The notes beneath the pieces were generated by a model that worked only from the letters and a program-made list of their open reading frames with translations, was not told where the DNA came from and searched no databases. From an uncultured bacterium (lineage in GTDB: Bacteria > Patescibacteriota > Microgenomatia > UBA1400 > PJMF01): a DNA stretch of 64,000 bases. Each line of letters starts with the position of its first letter. The stretch's first letter is position 1. The stretch lies in contig CAIMNJ010000018.1 of the NCBI GenBank assembly GCA_903842795.1, positions 3,246 to 67,245 of the forward strand. Reading direction: 5' to 3'. Positions 36,017 to 45,192 of this stretch are shown here, in pieces. Made by a program: the position numbers and the translations under genes.

Positions 36017-37426
36017 TTAGCCAACACTCCCTTCCATCTCTAATTCAATTAAACGATTTAGCTCAACAGCATATTCAAGTGGCAACTCTTTAACAATCGG
36101 TTCGATAAAACCTGCCACTAAAAGCGTCATTGCTTCTATCTTATTCAATCCTCGACTCATTAAATAGAATAGTTTTTCTTCTTCAATCTCACTTACTGAG
36201 GCCTCGTGTGCAACGCTTGCATTATCACCTGCAATTTTCATATCAGGATAAGTTGCTGTAGCAGATTTGCTGTCCAAAATCAAAGCATCACACTCTACTT
36301 TACTTTTACTATTACTTGCTGCCTTGGAAACATAAACTAAACCACGATAATTACTTCTCCCACCAGCTATACTAACTGATTTGGCAATTATTTTAGAAGA
36401 AGTATTTTTAGCCAAATGTAGCATTTTTGCACCAGTATCTTGGATCTGGTTGTTTTTAGCATAAGCAATGGAAAGCATTTCTCCATAAGCACCTTCTTCA
36501 ACTAAAAAACAACTAGGGTATTTCATGGTGGTTTTTGCACCCAAATTACCATCTACCCATTCCATCACACCATCAGCAAAGACCTTAGCTCTTTTTGTTA
36601 CCAAGTTATAAATATTGCCTGACCAATTTTGAATTGTAGTATAACGAAAACGAGCATTTCTTTTGACAAAAACTTCCACGACTGCCGCATGCAAAGAATA
36701 TTCACTGTAAACAGGTGCCGTACAACCTTCCACATAATGAGCATTTGAGCCTTCATCAGCAATAATTAAAGTTCTTTCAAACTGACCCATTCTGGCAGCA
36801 TTGATACGAAAATAGCTCTGTAAAGGTCTTTTAACATGTGTATTTGGAGGAATATATACAAAGGAACCTCCAGACCAAGCTGCACTATTTAGAGCAGCAA
36901 ATTTATTATCGGCAGCTGGAACTAATTTGGCAAAATATTCTTTAAAAAGATCTTCATGTTTTTGTAATGCCTCTTCCATTGAGCAAAAAATAATTCCTTG
37001 CTCATCCAATTCTTTTTGCAAAGAAGAATAAGCTACTTCACTATTGTATTGAGCTTTAACTCCAGCCAAGAAATCTCTTTCTGCTTGTGGAACGCCCAAA
37101 CGATCAAAAGTATCTTTAATTTCTTTTGGGACGTCATTCCAAGTTCTTTTCTCTATGTCAGTATCCTTAATAAAATAACGAATTTTATCAAAATCTATTT
37201 CTTCCAAACTTGGCCCCCAATTTGGCATTTTCTTTTGATAAAAAGTTTGGAGAGATTGCAAGCGAAATTCCTTCATCCAAGTAGGCTCTTGCTTAGCATC
37301 TGAGATGGCTGCAATAACTTTTTCTGATAAACCAAAACCGAAATTAATCAAAGATTTCTCAGGCATAGAGAAACCAAAGCGGTCGGCGTAGGCATCGTTC
37401 AATTTCTTTAAATTGCTTTTTTTCAT
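36017..37426 (-). CDS. sufB: Fe-S cluster assembly protein SufB
   Basis: 469 aa with the conserved SufB C-terminus (EEEKLFYLMSRGLNKIEAMTLLV). Confidence 0.9.
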   Translation of the reverse strand: MKKSNLKKLNDAYADRFGFSMPEKSLINFGFGLSEKVIAAISDAKQEPTWMKEFRLQSLQTFYQKKMPNWGPSLEEIDFDKIRYFIKDTDIEKRTWNDVPKEIKDTFDRLGVPQAERDFLAGVKAQYNSEVAYSSLQKELDEQGIIFCSMEEALQKHEDLFKEYFAKLVPAADNKFAALNSAAWSGGSFVYIPPNTHVKRPLQSYFRINAARMGQFERTLIIADEGSNAHYVEGCTAPVYSEYSLHAAVVEVFVKRNARFRYTTIQNWSGNIYNLVTKRAKVFADGVMEWVDGNLGAKTTMKYPSCFLVEEGAYGEMLSIAYAKNNQIQDTGAKMLHLAKNTSSKIIAKSVSIAGGRSNYRGLVYVSKAASNSKSKVECDALILDSKSATATYPDMKIAGDNASVAHEASVSEIEEEKLFYLMSRGLNKIEAMTLLVAGFIEPIVKELPLEYAVELNRLIELEMEGSVG

Positions 37427-37429
37427 AAG

Positions 37430-38161
37430 TTATTTTTTTAAGAAACTTGCGAAACCCTTATTTTCAATATCTGTTACCAAAGAAGCATCGCCTTCTTTAA
37501 TAATTTTTCCACTACTTAGTAGGTGAACAAAATCAATTTCTAAAAATTTTAAAATTCTGGAATAGTGAGTAATTAATAAAACAGAACTTTGTTTTTCTTT
37601 TTTAAGAAAATTAACTGCTTTAGCCACTACTTCAATCGCATCAACATCTAAACCACTGTCAATTTCATCTAAAATAATCAGCTTTGGTTCTAAAATTAGC
37701 ATTTGTAAAATTTCCATCTTCTTTTTTTCACCACCAGAAAAACCATGATTCAAAGAGCGTTTGATGAAATCCTCATTAAAATTAAGAATTTCCATCCTTT
37801 CCTTAAGAAACTCTTTAAACTTAATTGGAGTTAGTTTTTTTTCATGACTCTTTTTATAAAGTAGTTTTAGGTAATCGTAAATTTTGACTCCAGGAATTTC
37901 CAAAATTTGCTGAAATGATAAAAATATTCCAAGAGCTGCTCTTTGCTGTGGATCAAGAATAAGCAAATCATGAGAGTTAAAATTAATTTCACCTTTAACT
38001 AAATAATTCGGATTGCCCATGATACTTTGTGCAAGAGTGCTTTTACCAGCTCCGTTTTGACCCATGAGAATATGGGTTTCACCACTTTTTACAGATAGAT
38101 CAATTTTATCCAAAATATTTTTTTTATTTAAAGAAACTTGAAGATTTTTTATTTTTAACAC
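37430..38161 (-). CDS. sufC: Fe-S cluster assembly ATPase SufC
   Basis: Walker A GQNGAGKSTL, signature FSGGEKKKMEIL and Walker B IILDEIDSGLD. Confidence 0.9.
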   Translation of the reverse strand: MLKIKNLQVSLNKKNILDKIDLSVKSGETHILMGQNGAGKSTLAQSIMGNPNYLVKGEINFNSHDLLILDPQQRAALGIFLSFQQILEIPGVKIYDYLKLLYKKSHEKKLTPIKFKEFLKERMEILNFNEDFIKRSLNHGFSGGEKKKMEILQMLILEPKLIILDEIDSGLDVDAIEVVAKAVNFLKKEKQSSVLLITHYSRILKFLEIDFVHLLSSGKIIKEGDASLVTDIENKGFASFLKK

Positions 38162-38178
38162 GGAAGTCCTTTGTTGAG

Positions 38179-38469
38179 TTATCTATTAAAATCCATTTGT
38201 TTAAGCATGCAAATTTTATTATTTTGTGGACATTCTTTATTTACATCATAAAAAATTTCCTTGCCGACTCTTTTTTTTGAAAGAAGACCAGCTTCTTGCA
38301 TGTTTTTTAAATGATAAGAAATTGTTGGCTGGCTAAGCGAAGTTTGTTCTACTATCTCAGAAACAGTTTTTGCTCCAGAATCTTTCAAAAATAGAAAAAC
38401 TTTCATGCGAGAATCTACCGCTAAATTGCTAAAACAGTGGCTACAATGCGAATGCGAATTGGTGTTCAT
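38179..38469 (-). CDS. ArsR-like winged-helix regulator with N-terminal Cys/His-rich segment (candidate suf operon regulator)
   Basis: HSHCSHC near the N-terminus. HTH QTSLSQPTISYHLKNMQEAGLL. A C-terminal C-x6-C is present. It is the first gene of the suf operon. Confidence 0.55.
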   Translation of the reverse strand: MNTNSHSHCSHCFSNLAVDSRMKVFLFLKDSGAKTVSEIVEQTSLSQPTISYHLKNMQEAGLLSKKRVGKEIFYDVNKECPQNNKICMLKQMDFNR

Positions 38470-38495
38470 AACATATAGATCATAATCTATATGTT
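38470..38495. promoter_or_regulatory. Perfect 11-bp inverted repeat AACATATAGAT-CATA-ATCTATATGTT abutting the regulator start codon; candidate operator
   Basis: Read directly from the sequence. It lies 1 nt from the ATG of the ArsR-like gene, in the suf promoter region. Confidence 0.45.
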
Positions 38496-38566
38496 GTCAT
38501 ATTTCAAGATACAGCAAAATAATTTTTGTTACACTTTTTGCAACTAATCAATATAAAAATATCACT

Positions 38567-39271
38567 ATGCTTATTAATGAAATTCATCCAAATCCAGAGT
38601 CTGGGAGTGAGTGGATTGAGTTTTATGCAAACGAGCAGATAAGTGAAAATTTTAATTTAAACAATTACACCATTTTTGACAGTTACCATCAAATTTATAA
38701 ATTTAGTAACGAAAAATTTAGCAATCAAATTCTAGTTGTGGAAGTTAGTGGCTTAAATAACGACCAAGATAGCGTTATTCTCAAAGATCCAAATGGCAAT
38801 ATCATTGATTCCTTTTCATACACACAAACACAAAAGGGATTTAGTTTTGCAAGAAGTATTGCAACAAATATTTTTGCAATTGAAACTCCCAGTCGCAATC
38901 AAACCAATCCAGAAAAAGAAATCAGCATTAGTCCAAGCATCACCGCAACAAATAGCTCACCTACAGATCCTAGTCCATCTTCTTCATCAATAACTCAAGC
39001 TAAAATCGCAAACCAAACCAAAGAAACAGATGATGCTCAAATCAATTTAAAAAAAGAAACAAAAATAAAATCCAGCAATTTCAATTATGATCTTAATAAA
39101 ATTCAACTACTTGCTCAAGAAAAAGAATTCACTGATAGAAGAATTCGTTTAGTTTTTTTAGGACAAAATCAGGGACAAGTAAACATCATTAATGCTATAA
39201 TTGGAAGTTCTTTGGTTGTTTTTTGTTCTTTTTTTCTGCTCTATGTCAAAATTAAAAATAGACATCATTAA
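38567..39271 (+). CDS. Lamin-tail-domain (LTD) protein with Ser/Pro/Thr-rich linker and C-terminal TM anchor
   Basis: N-terminus LINEIHPNPESGSEWIEFYANEQ is the LTD signature. A low-complexity linker is rich in P, S and T. C-terminal hydrophobic helix AIIGSSLVVFCSFFLLYV. Confidence 0.65.
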   Translation: MLINEIHPNPESGSEWIEFYANEQISENFNLNNYTIFDSYHQIYKFSNEKFSNQILVVEVSGLNNDQDSVILKDPNGNIIDSFSYTQTQKGFSFARSIATNIFAIETPSRNQTNPEKEISISPSITATNSSPTDPSPSSSSITQAKIANQTKETDDAQINLKKETKIKSSNFNYDLNKIQLLAQEKEFTDRRIRLVFLGQNQGQVNIINAIIGSSLVVFCSFFLLYVKIKNRHH

Positions 39272-39632
39272 AAAATATTTATCAGCTTATTTACCAGTTC
39301 TAGTTTGGGCATATTTAATCTTCTTTTTATCAGCTCAATCATCTTTGCCTGGATTCAAAGAATCAACTTTTGAATTTATTTTCAAAAAAAGTGCTCACAT
39401 GTTTGTCTATGCTGTTCTGTACAGTTTACTGTTTAGAGCAAGATTAAAAACCACTGACAATAAAATAACTAAAAAAACATATTTATTCCCAATTTTATTT
39501 AGCTTCCTTTATGCTATTTCTGATGAACTACACCAAAGCACTGTCGCTGGCAGACATCCCACCATTAGAGATGTTGGTTTTGATATGCTTGGAGTCTCAA
39601 CTGTCTTGTTATATCAACTAAAATTCACTTAA
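39201..39632 (+). CDS. VanZ-like family membrane protein
   Basis: SDELHQSTVAGRHPTIRDVGFDMLG matches the VanZ DE-HQ...R...D motif. 3-4 TM helices. The start may be the Met at 39243. Confidence 0.55.
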   Translation: MEVLWLFFVLFFCSMSKLKIDIIKKYLSAYLPVLVWAYLIFFLSAQSSLPGFKESTFEFIFKKSAHMFVYAVLYSLLFRARLKTTDNKITKKTYLFPILFSFLYAISDELHQSTVAGRHPTIRDVGFDMLGVSTVLLYQLKFT

Positions 39633-39719
39633 TTACTCATTGACTTACTAAATCAAAATAGTACACTTGGAATAATATTTAACACGGTTCACAAGAGCCA
39701 TTATTTATAGAAAGGTGCT

Positions 39720-39995
39720 ATGACTAAGTCAGACTTGATTAATGTCGTTGCCAAAAAAGCCCATCTCACAAAAAAAGCTTCCCTCGAAGCAGTGGAGTCA
39801 ATGTTCGAAGAAGTTATCCGTAGCTTAAAAAAGGGCGATAAAGTTGTTCTTTCAGGCTTTGGCACCTTCTATATTAGCAAAGTCAAAGATAAGCACGTTG
39901 AGCCTTTTGGCGACAAAGCTAAGAGACAAGTAGTCAAAGGACACAAGGTTATCAATTTCCGTGTTGGCAAACCTCTTAAAAAAGAGATTTGGTAG
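39720..39995 (+). CDS. hupB: DNA-binding protein HU
   Basis: 91 aa with HU/IHF-fold pattern (MTKSDLINVVAKKAHLTKKA...VVLSGFGTF...RVGKPLK). Confidence 0.8.
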   Translation: MTKSDLINVVAKKAHLTKKASLEAVESMFEEVIRSLKKGDKVVLSGFGTFYISKVKDKHVEPFGDKAKRQVVKGHKVINFRVGKPLKKEIW

Positions 39996-40014
39996 TCTCT
40001 ATCAATTAAAAACC

Positions 40015-40046
40015 AAAAACCCGCTTGAAAAAGCGGGTTTTTTAAT
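40015..40046. terminator. Bidirectional rho-independent terminator between hupB and rpsI
   Basis: AAAACCCGCTT-GAAA-AAGCGGGTTTTTT hairpin with an A-run on one side and a T-run on the other. Confidence 0.7.
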
Positions 40047-40066
40047 TTTAAAAAAATAAAACAAGT

Positions 40067-40582
40067 TTAACGTTTTGGAGATTGACGTTTTCTTCTAGCT
40101 TTACCACCCATACCCATTTTTCTGGTTTCTTTCATTCTGTCATCTCTGGTCAATAAACCAGCTGGCTTCAAGAAAGTGCGGAATTCTGGGTTAAAAGCAA
40201 CTAAAGCCTTGGCTAAACCATTCACAAAAGCTTCCAATTGAGCAGCTACACCAGAACCATTAATTTTGGCGGTAACTGAGAATTTACCTTTAGTACCAGT
40301 TAATTCGAAAGGCTTCATATAAACTGATGGAGCATTTCTCACTCCAGCAAAATATTCAGAAACAAGTGAATTATTAATTACAAAATCACCTTGACCTTCA
40401 TAAATACGAACTCTAGCAATGGCAACTTTACGACGACCAACAGCTTCAACAAACTTACTTTTAGCAATTTTAAAATTTTTTTCTGGTTCAGCTGCTTTTT
40501 TCTTACTAGAAGTCACTGGAGTAATAATCTTTTTAATTACCTTTTTGGCTTTAGTATTTTTCTTGTTCATTCTTATTGCCAT
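40067..40582 (-). CDS. rpsI: 30S ribosomal protein S9 with roughly 40-aa N-terminal extension
   Basis: C-terminus GGKARRKRQSPKR and core GRRKVAIARV. Confidence 0.9.
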   Translation of the reverse strand: MAIRMNKKNTKAKKVIKKIITPVTSSKKKAAEPEKNFKIAKSKFVEAVGRRKVAIARVRIYEGQGDFVINNSLVSEYFAGVRNAPSVYMKPFELTGTKGKFSVTAKINGSGVAAQLEAFVNGLAKALVAFNPEFRTFLKPAGLLTRDDRMKETRKMGMGGKARRKRQSPKR

Positions 40583-40583
40583 A

Positions 40584-41015
40584 TTATTTAGCCTTTATCA
40601 TTCCTTGATATGGATTTTCACTACCAACAATAACTTTCAGTCTGTTTAATCTGATGTCGCGCAATTTATTTTTTGGCAACATGTTTTTGACAGCTCTTTT
40701 AATTAATTTTTCTGGGTTTCTAGACATCATTTCAGAAAAATTACGCTGTCTAAGTCCACCTGGAAAACCAGTGTTCCAAGAGTAAACTTTTTTCAAAGCT
40801 TTGTCTTTGGTAACTTCAATTTTTTCAGCATTGATCAAAACAACATAATCACCACCATCAACATTTGGAGTATAAGTGGTTTTATCTTTGCCAATTAATT
40901 TCTCAGCAATTTCAGTAGCTAATCTACCGAGTACTTTGCCAGAAGCATCATAAAGCAACCAATCTCTTTTAACTTCTTCTTTCTTTTGTATAAAAGATTT
41001 AAATTTTTGAAACAT
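40584..41015 (-). CDS. rplM: 50S ribosomal protein L13
   Basis: WLLYDASGKVLGRLAT motif. Confidence 0.9.
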   Translation of the reverse strand: MFQKFKSFIQKKEEVKRDWLLYDASGKVLGRLATEIAEKLIGKDKTTYTPNVDGGDYVVLINAEKIEVTKDKALKKVYSWNTGFPGGLRQRNFSEMMSRNPEKLIKRAVKNMLPKNKLRDIRLNRLKVIVGSENPYQGMIKAK

Positions 41016-41530
41016 TATTTGGTCTCCTCTGATTTTTTAGCTTTTTTGGAAGGAGCCTTAGCAGCAACCTTTTTAACGGCAGCTTTTTTCTCAACTGGCT
41101 TATCAGCTTTTACAGCTTTAACTTCAGTTTTGGTAGCAGCAACTTTTTCTTTTTTCAAAGAAGTGAGTTTGTTATCACCAATGAGTAAAGATAATTTATA
41201 AAGAACAGTACCATCACCGCGTCTGGCAGCCATTTTTTCCAAAGAGGAAAAGCCGGATTTTTTACTACCAAACATTGGAGCAATTTTATCTACCAAAGCA
41301 TTGACAACATCTCTTCTACCAAAAACTTTGTGCAAATCTCTACGAGCAGCCAAAGTATTCTTTTGAGCAGTAGAAATCATCTTGTCAGATAATCTCTTGA
41401 TTTCTTTGGTTCTACTTTCACTACTTTTAATTTCACCGTGTTCAAAAAGATCACGCAAAAGATTCTTCAATAAAGCCTTGCGACTTTTGACGTCTCTATT
41501 GAAATGTTTAGCTTTTACTCTATGTTTCAT
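41015..41530 (-). CDS. rplQ: 50S ribosomal protein L17 with Lys/Ala-rich C-terminal extension
   Basis: MKHRVKAKHFNRDVKSRKALLKNL N-terminus. Confidence 0.9.
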   Translation of the reverse strand: MKHRVKAKHFNRDVKSRKALLKNLLRDLFEHGEIKSSESRTKEIKRLSDKMISTAQKNTLAARRDLHKVFGRRDVVNALVDKIAPMFGSKKSGFSSLEKMAARRGDGTVLYKLSLLIGDNKLTSLKKEKVAATKTEVKAVKADKPVEKKAAVKKVAAKAPSKKAKKSEETK

Positions 41531-41549
41531 ATTCTACTTTCAAGAAATC

Positions 41550-42512
41550 TTAATCAGTTAAGACGACTCCTTTTTTGCTAAGAGCCTCTTCAATGAGATC
41601 GATACTCTTGCCACCTAAATTCTTAACTCTAGAAATTTCATCTTTTGGAGATCTGGTAAGATCAGCAACAGTTTCAAAACCACCTTTACGAAGAGCATTG
41701 GCAATTCTGGTTGGCAAATCAAGCTCTTCAACAGTCAATTTCATGGTCTCAATTTCTTCTGGACTCATGCTGGTCAATTCTTCTTTGACTTCTTTAACAA
41801 CTGGGTTAACAATTTGAGTAAATTGCTTGATTAAAATCTCAGAAGCCAATTTAATAGCTTCTATAGGAGAAATAGTACCATCAGTTTCGATATCAAAAAC
41901 AATCTTATCGAAGTCAGTACGACGACCAACACGAGTGGCCTCAACTTTATAAGAAACTTTGATAACTGGGGAAAAGAGTGAATCTATGGCAATTTGACCA
42001 ACAGCTTCAGTCTCAGTTTCTGAAGCGAGCTTATAGCCAACTCCAGATTCCACCACCATCTCAATGTCTAAATTTTTGCCTTTAGCTAAAGTAGCTAAGT
42101 ACAAATCTTTATTGACTATTTCAAAACCAGCTTCACATTCAACATCAGCAGCGGTAACCTCTTTGGCACCTTTAACATTTAAGCGTAAAATGCCTGATTC
42201 AGCACCTTCTGACTTAATACGAATTTGCTTTAAGTTTAGAATCAACTCAACAACATCTTCGGTCATTCCTTCAAAAGAAGTAAATTGGTGAGTTACACCA
42301 TCAATACTAATTTTGGTAATAGCTGTACCTGGCAAAGAAGTGAGTAAAACTCTGCGAAGAGCATTACCAAGAGTGTGGCCATAACCACTCTCCAAAGCCT
42401 CGACCACAATAGTGGAACGAGAGGCACTAGCTTCTACTTCAACCACAGTAAAGTTTGGATTCATGACTGCGTAATTTTTGATTGTTTTTGGCATTTTTTT
42501 CCTTTGTTTCAT
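41550..42512 (-). CDS. rpoA: DNA-directed RNA polymerase subunit alpha
   Basis: GYGHTLGNALRRVLL motif. C-terminal domain present. The true start may be a downstream Met. Confidence 0.9.
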   Translation of the reverse strand: MKQRKKMPKTIKNYAVMNPNFTVVEVEASASRSTIVVEALESGYGHTLGNALRRVLLTSLPGTAITKISIDGVTHQFTSFEGMTEDVVELILNLKQIRIKSEGAESGILRLNVKGAKEVTAADVECEAGFEIVNKDLYLATLAKGKNLDIEMVVESGVGYKLASETETEAVGQIAIDSLFSPVIKVSYKVEATRVGRRTDFDKIVFDIETDGTISPIEAIKLASEILIKQFTQIVNPVVKEVKEELTSMSPEEIETMKLTVEELDLPTRIANALRKGGFETVADLTRSPKDEISRVKNLGGKSIDLIEEALSKKGVVLTD

Positions 42513-42550
42513 CTCCTTCGTTGCCGAAGAATCCGTTTCCGTAATTTTTA

Positions 42551-43156
42551 TTATCTGTTGTAATACTCGACGATTAATTGTTCTTCAATTTTTTCAGTAA
42601 TATCTTCTCTGACTGGCAATTTGGCAATGTGAGCAGCACCGTTTTTGGCTTCTAACCAAGCTGGTAAATGAGCTTCTTGCTTCATAGCTTCAGCCACAAC
42701 TGGGATTTTGGCGGTTTTGGCTTTCATGGCCAAAACATCACCCACATGCACCTGATAAGAAGGAATATTCATTTTTTTACCATTCAAAGTGAAGTGGTTG
42801 TGATTGACTAATTGTCTTGCAGCGGCTCTAGTTGGAGCCCAACCCAAACGATAAACAACGTTATCGAATCTTCTCTCTAAGAAACTAAGCATAGCAGTAC
42901 CAGTAGCAGCTGGATTCTTACTAGCTTCTTCATAAACAGCTCTGAGTTGTTTTTCAAGAACACCATAAATGTACTTTAATTTTTGTTTTTCTTTGAGCTG
43001 AATACCAAAGTTAGAAAGTTTACGACGACCTTTAGCACCATGTTGACCTGGTCTATTAGCCAATCTACGAGCAGTTTTGAGAGCATTGGTCTTAAGACCC
43101 AAATCCTCGCCAATTTGTCTCTGTAATCTTTGTTTTGGGCCAATATATCTTGCCAT
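42551..43156 (-). CDS. rpsD: 30S ribosomal protein S4
   Basis: MARYIGPKQRL N-terminus and an S4 domain. Confidence 0.9.
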   Translation of the reverse strand: MARYIGPKQRLQRQIGEDLGLKTNALKTARRLANRPGQHGAKGRRKLSNFGIQLKEKQKLKYIYGVLEKQLRAVYEEASKNPAATGTAMLSFLERRFDNVVYRLGWAPTRAAARQLVNHNHFTLNGKKMNIPSYQVHVGDVLAMKAKTAKIPVVAEAMKQEAHLPAWLEAKNGAAHIAKLPVREDITEKIEEQLIVEYYNR

Positions 43157-43157
43157 A

Positions 43158-43547
43158 TTAGTGTCTAGCCTTTCTTGGTCTTGTGCCGTTGTGAGGCACT
43201 GGAGTGAGGTCGGCTATCATGGAAACTTTGATTCCTTGGGCACGCAACACTCTGAGGGCGACATCTCTACCTGGACCTGGGCCCTTGATAAAGACATCCA
43301 TCTTACTCATACCGTAATTTTTAGCTTTATTAATTGCATTTTCCAAAGCGACAGTAGCAGCATAAGGAGTAGATTTACGAGAACCAGAAAAACCAGCTTC
43401 GCCGGTACTTGACCAGCATAAGACTGCTCCCTGTTCATCAGTAATACTCACTAAAGTATTATTAAAAGTAGCACTAACATAGAGTCGTCCAGATGGGACG
43501 ACGCGGCTAGTTTTTTTGGTTTGATTTTTCTTAATTTGTTTGGCCAT
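43158..43547 (-). CDS. rpsK: 30S ribosomal protein S11
   Basis: C-terminal PHNGTRPRKARH and a conserved core. Confidence 0.9.
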   Translation of the reverse strand: MAKQIKKNQTKKTSRVVPSGRLYVSATFNNTLVSITDEQGAVLCWSSTGEAGFSGSRKSTPYAATVALENAINKAKNYGMSKMDVFIKGPGPGRDVALRVLRAQGIKVSMIADLTPVPHNGTRPRKARH

Positions 43548-43571
43548 AAAACATTAACTTAAATATACTTA

Positions 43572-43973
43572 TTATTTCTTTGCTGGAGCTTCTGCTTTAG
43601 TAGCTGCTTCCTTACTAAGAGCACCAATAGTCTTCTTGGCACCTCTCTTGGTACGAGCATTAGATTTGGTTCTTTGACCTCTGACTGGCAAACCAGCCAT
43701 GTGACGCAAACCGCGGTAAGCGTGAATTCTTTTTAAACGGGAAATGTTATCGTTAATTTCTCTTCTCAAATCACCCTCAATCATGACTTGATCCAAGGCA
43801 GCTTGAATTCTGTTGATTTCTTCAGAAGTTAATTCATTAGCTCTCTTGTCTGGATTGATTTTGGTTTTTTTGACAATATCATCAGCAATTTTTGGACCAA
43901 CGCCAAAAATATAACGCAGTGCATATGGCACTTTCTTATGATCTGGTAAATCTTGACCTGCAATACGTGGCAT
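43572..43973 (-). CDS. rpsM: 30S ribosomal protein S13
   Basis: MPRIAGQDLP N-terminus. Confidence 0.9.
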   Translation of the reverse strand: MPRIAGQDLPDHKKVPYALRYIFGVGPKIADDIVKKTKINPDKRANELTSEEINRIQAALDQVMIEGDLRREINDNISRLKRIHAYRGLRHMAGLPVRGQRTKSNARTKRGAKKTIGALSKEAATKAEAPAKK

Positions 43974-43978
43974 AAATA

Positions 43979-44092
43979 TTATCCTTGACGCTGTTTGTGT
44001 TTAGGGTTGGTACAAATAACATACAATTTACCCTTGCGTTTCACAAACTTGCAATTGATGCACATTTTCTTTAATGATGCTTTGACTTTCAT
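43979..44092 (-). CDS. rpmJ: 50S ribosomal protein L36
   Basis: Manual translation of the minus strand gives [37 protein letters not shown] (the C-x2-C...C...H zinc ribbon). It is not in the ORF track because it is shorter than 60 aa. Confidence 0.85.
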   Translation of the reverse strand: MKVKASLKKMCINCKFVKRKGKLYVICTNPKHKQRQG

Positions 44093-44183
44093 AATAATAA
44101 CAACAGGCTTGCAATATACCTCATAAAAGCAATTTTTTAAAGAGGTAATTGCGACTTTAAACCCTACTTTCGCGGATTTAGAT

Positions 44184-44507
44184 TTATACTTTTTCTTTAC
44201 TACTTCGGTAGGTTACTTTGCATTTGCCAAGGTCATATTTGGAAACATAACCTTTAACATAATCACCAGGCATAACTCGAATGCGATAGAGACGCATCTT
44301 GCCAGCCAAAGTACCAAGTAAAGTTCTACCAACCATTTGTGGGGCAGTTGCCTCAGTCACCATAATTCTAAACATGGTATTTGGCAAACAATCCACCACT
44401 TCACCAACAATTTCAAAACGATCAGTCTGACTATCAGCACTATGTAGTGTGAAGTCAACCTGTCGTTTGACTTTTGAGCTTCTTTTATGATCTTGTACTT
44501 TACCCAT
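44184..44507 (-). CDS. infA: Translation initiation factor IF-1 with roughly 30-aa N-terminal extension
   Basis: Core [20 protein letters not shown]...[16 protein letters not shown]...[11 protein letters not shown] matches the IF-1 S1-like fold. Confidence 0.8.
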   Translation of the reverse strand: MGKVQDHKRSSKVKRQVDFTLHSADSQTDRFEIVGEVVDCLPNTMFRIMVTEATAPQMVGRTLLGTLAGKMRLYRIRVMPGDYVKGYVSKYDLGKCKVTYRSSKEKV

Positions 44508-44598
44508 ATGATTATATTTTCAAAGTAACCGCAATATTATAGCAGATTTTAAAAATAAATCACCCCCAAGCAGACAAAAAGCTGACTAGATGGATAAA

Positions 44599-45162
44599 TT
44601 AATGATTTTTTGCTTGAATGTTCTCAATTTTTTCTACAATTTGCTCAAAAACTTCTTCAACACTCTTTTCTCCATCTACTGCAGCTAAATGCTTGCGAGC
44701 TGCGTAGTAATCCAAAACTTTGGAAGTTTTTTCATGGAAAAGATCAATTCTTTTACGAATAGCTTGTAAAGTTTCATCTTCACGATCACTCACTCTACCA
44801 GAAATTCTCCATAAAGCTTCTTTATCCGATACATCAATCAAAATAGTAATTTCTTGACCCTTGGTAAATTGTTGAAAAGCTTCAGCTTGAGGGACAGTAC
44901 GAGGAAAACCATCGAGAATGAAACCATTAGAATATTCTGGTTTTTGCAAATATTCCATGACGATATCCACGGTTTTATCATCTGGAATTAAGTAACCAGC
45001 ATTGAGAGTTTCTTTTAAGAAACGACCAAGTGGAGTTTTTTCTTTGGCCATTTCACGAAAAACGTGACCAGAAGAAAGATAGGGAATATTATATTTTTCG
45101 GACAAGAGGTTTCCTTGGGTGGATTTGCCAGCCCCTTGAATACCTACCAAGACTAATTGCAT
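44599..45162 (-). CDS. adk: Adenylate kinase
   Basis: P-loop GIQGAGKSTQ. LID/NMP motifs. Confidence 0.9.
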   Translation of the reverse strand: MQLVLVGIQGAGKSTQGNLLSEKYNIPYLSSGHVFREMAKEKTPLGRFLKETLNAGYLIPDDKTVDIVMEYLQKPEYSNGFILDGFPRTVPQAEAFQQFTKGQEITILIDVSDKEALWRISGRVSDREDETLQAIRKRIDLFHEKTSKVLDYYAARKHLAAVDGEKSVEEVFEQIVEKIENIQAKNH

Positions 45163-45192
45163 ACTGCCTTTCTGCTAATTAAATCTAATAAA

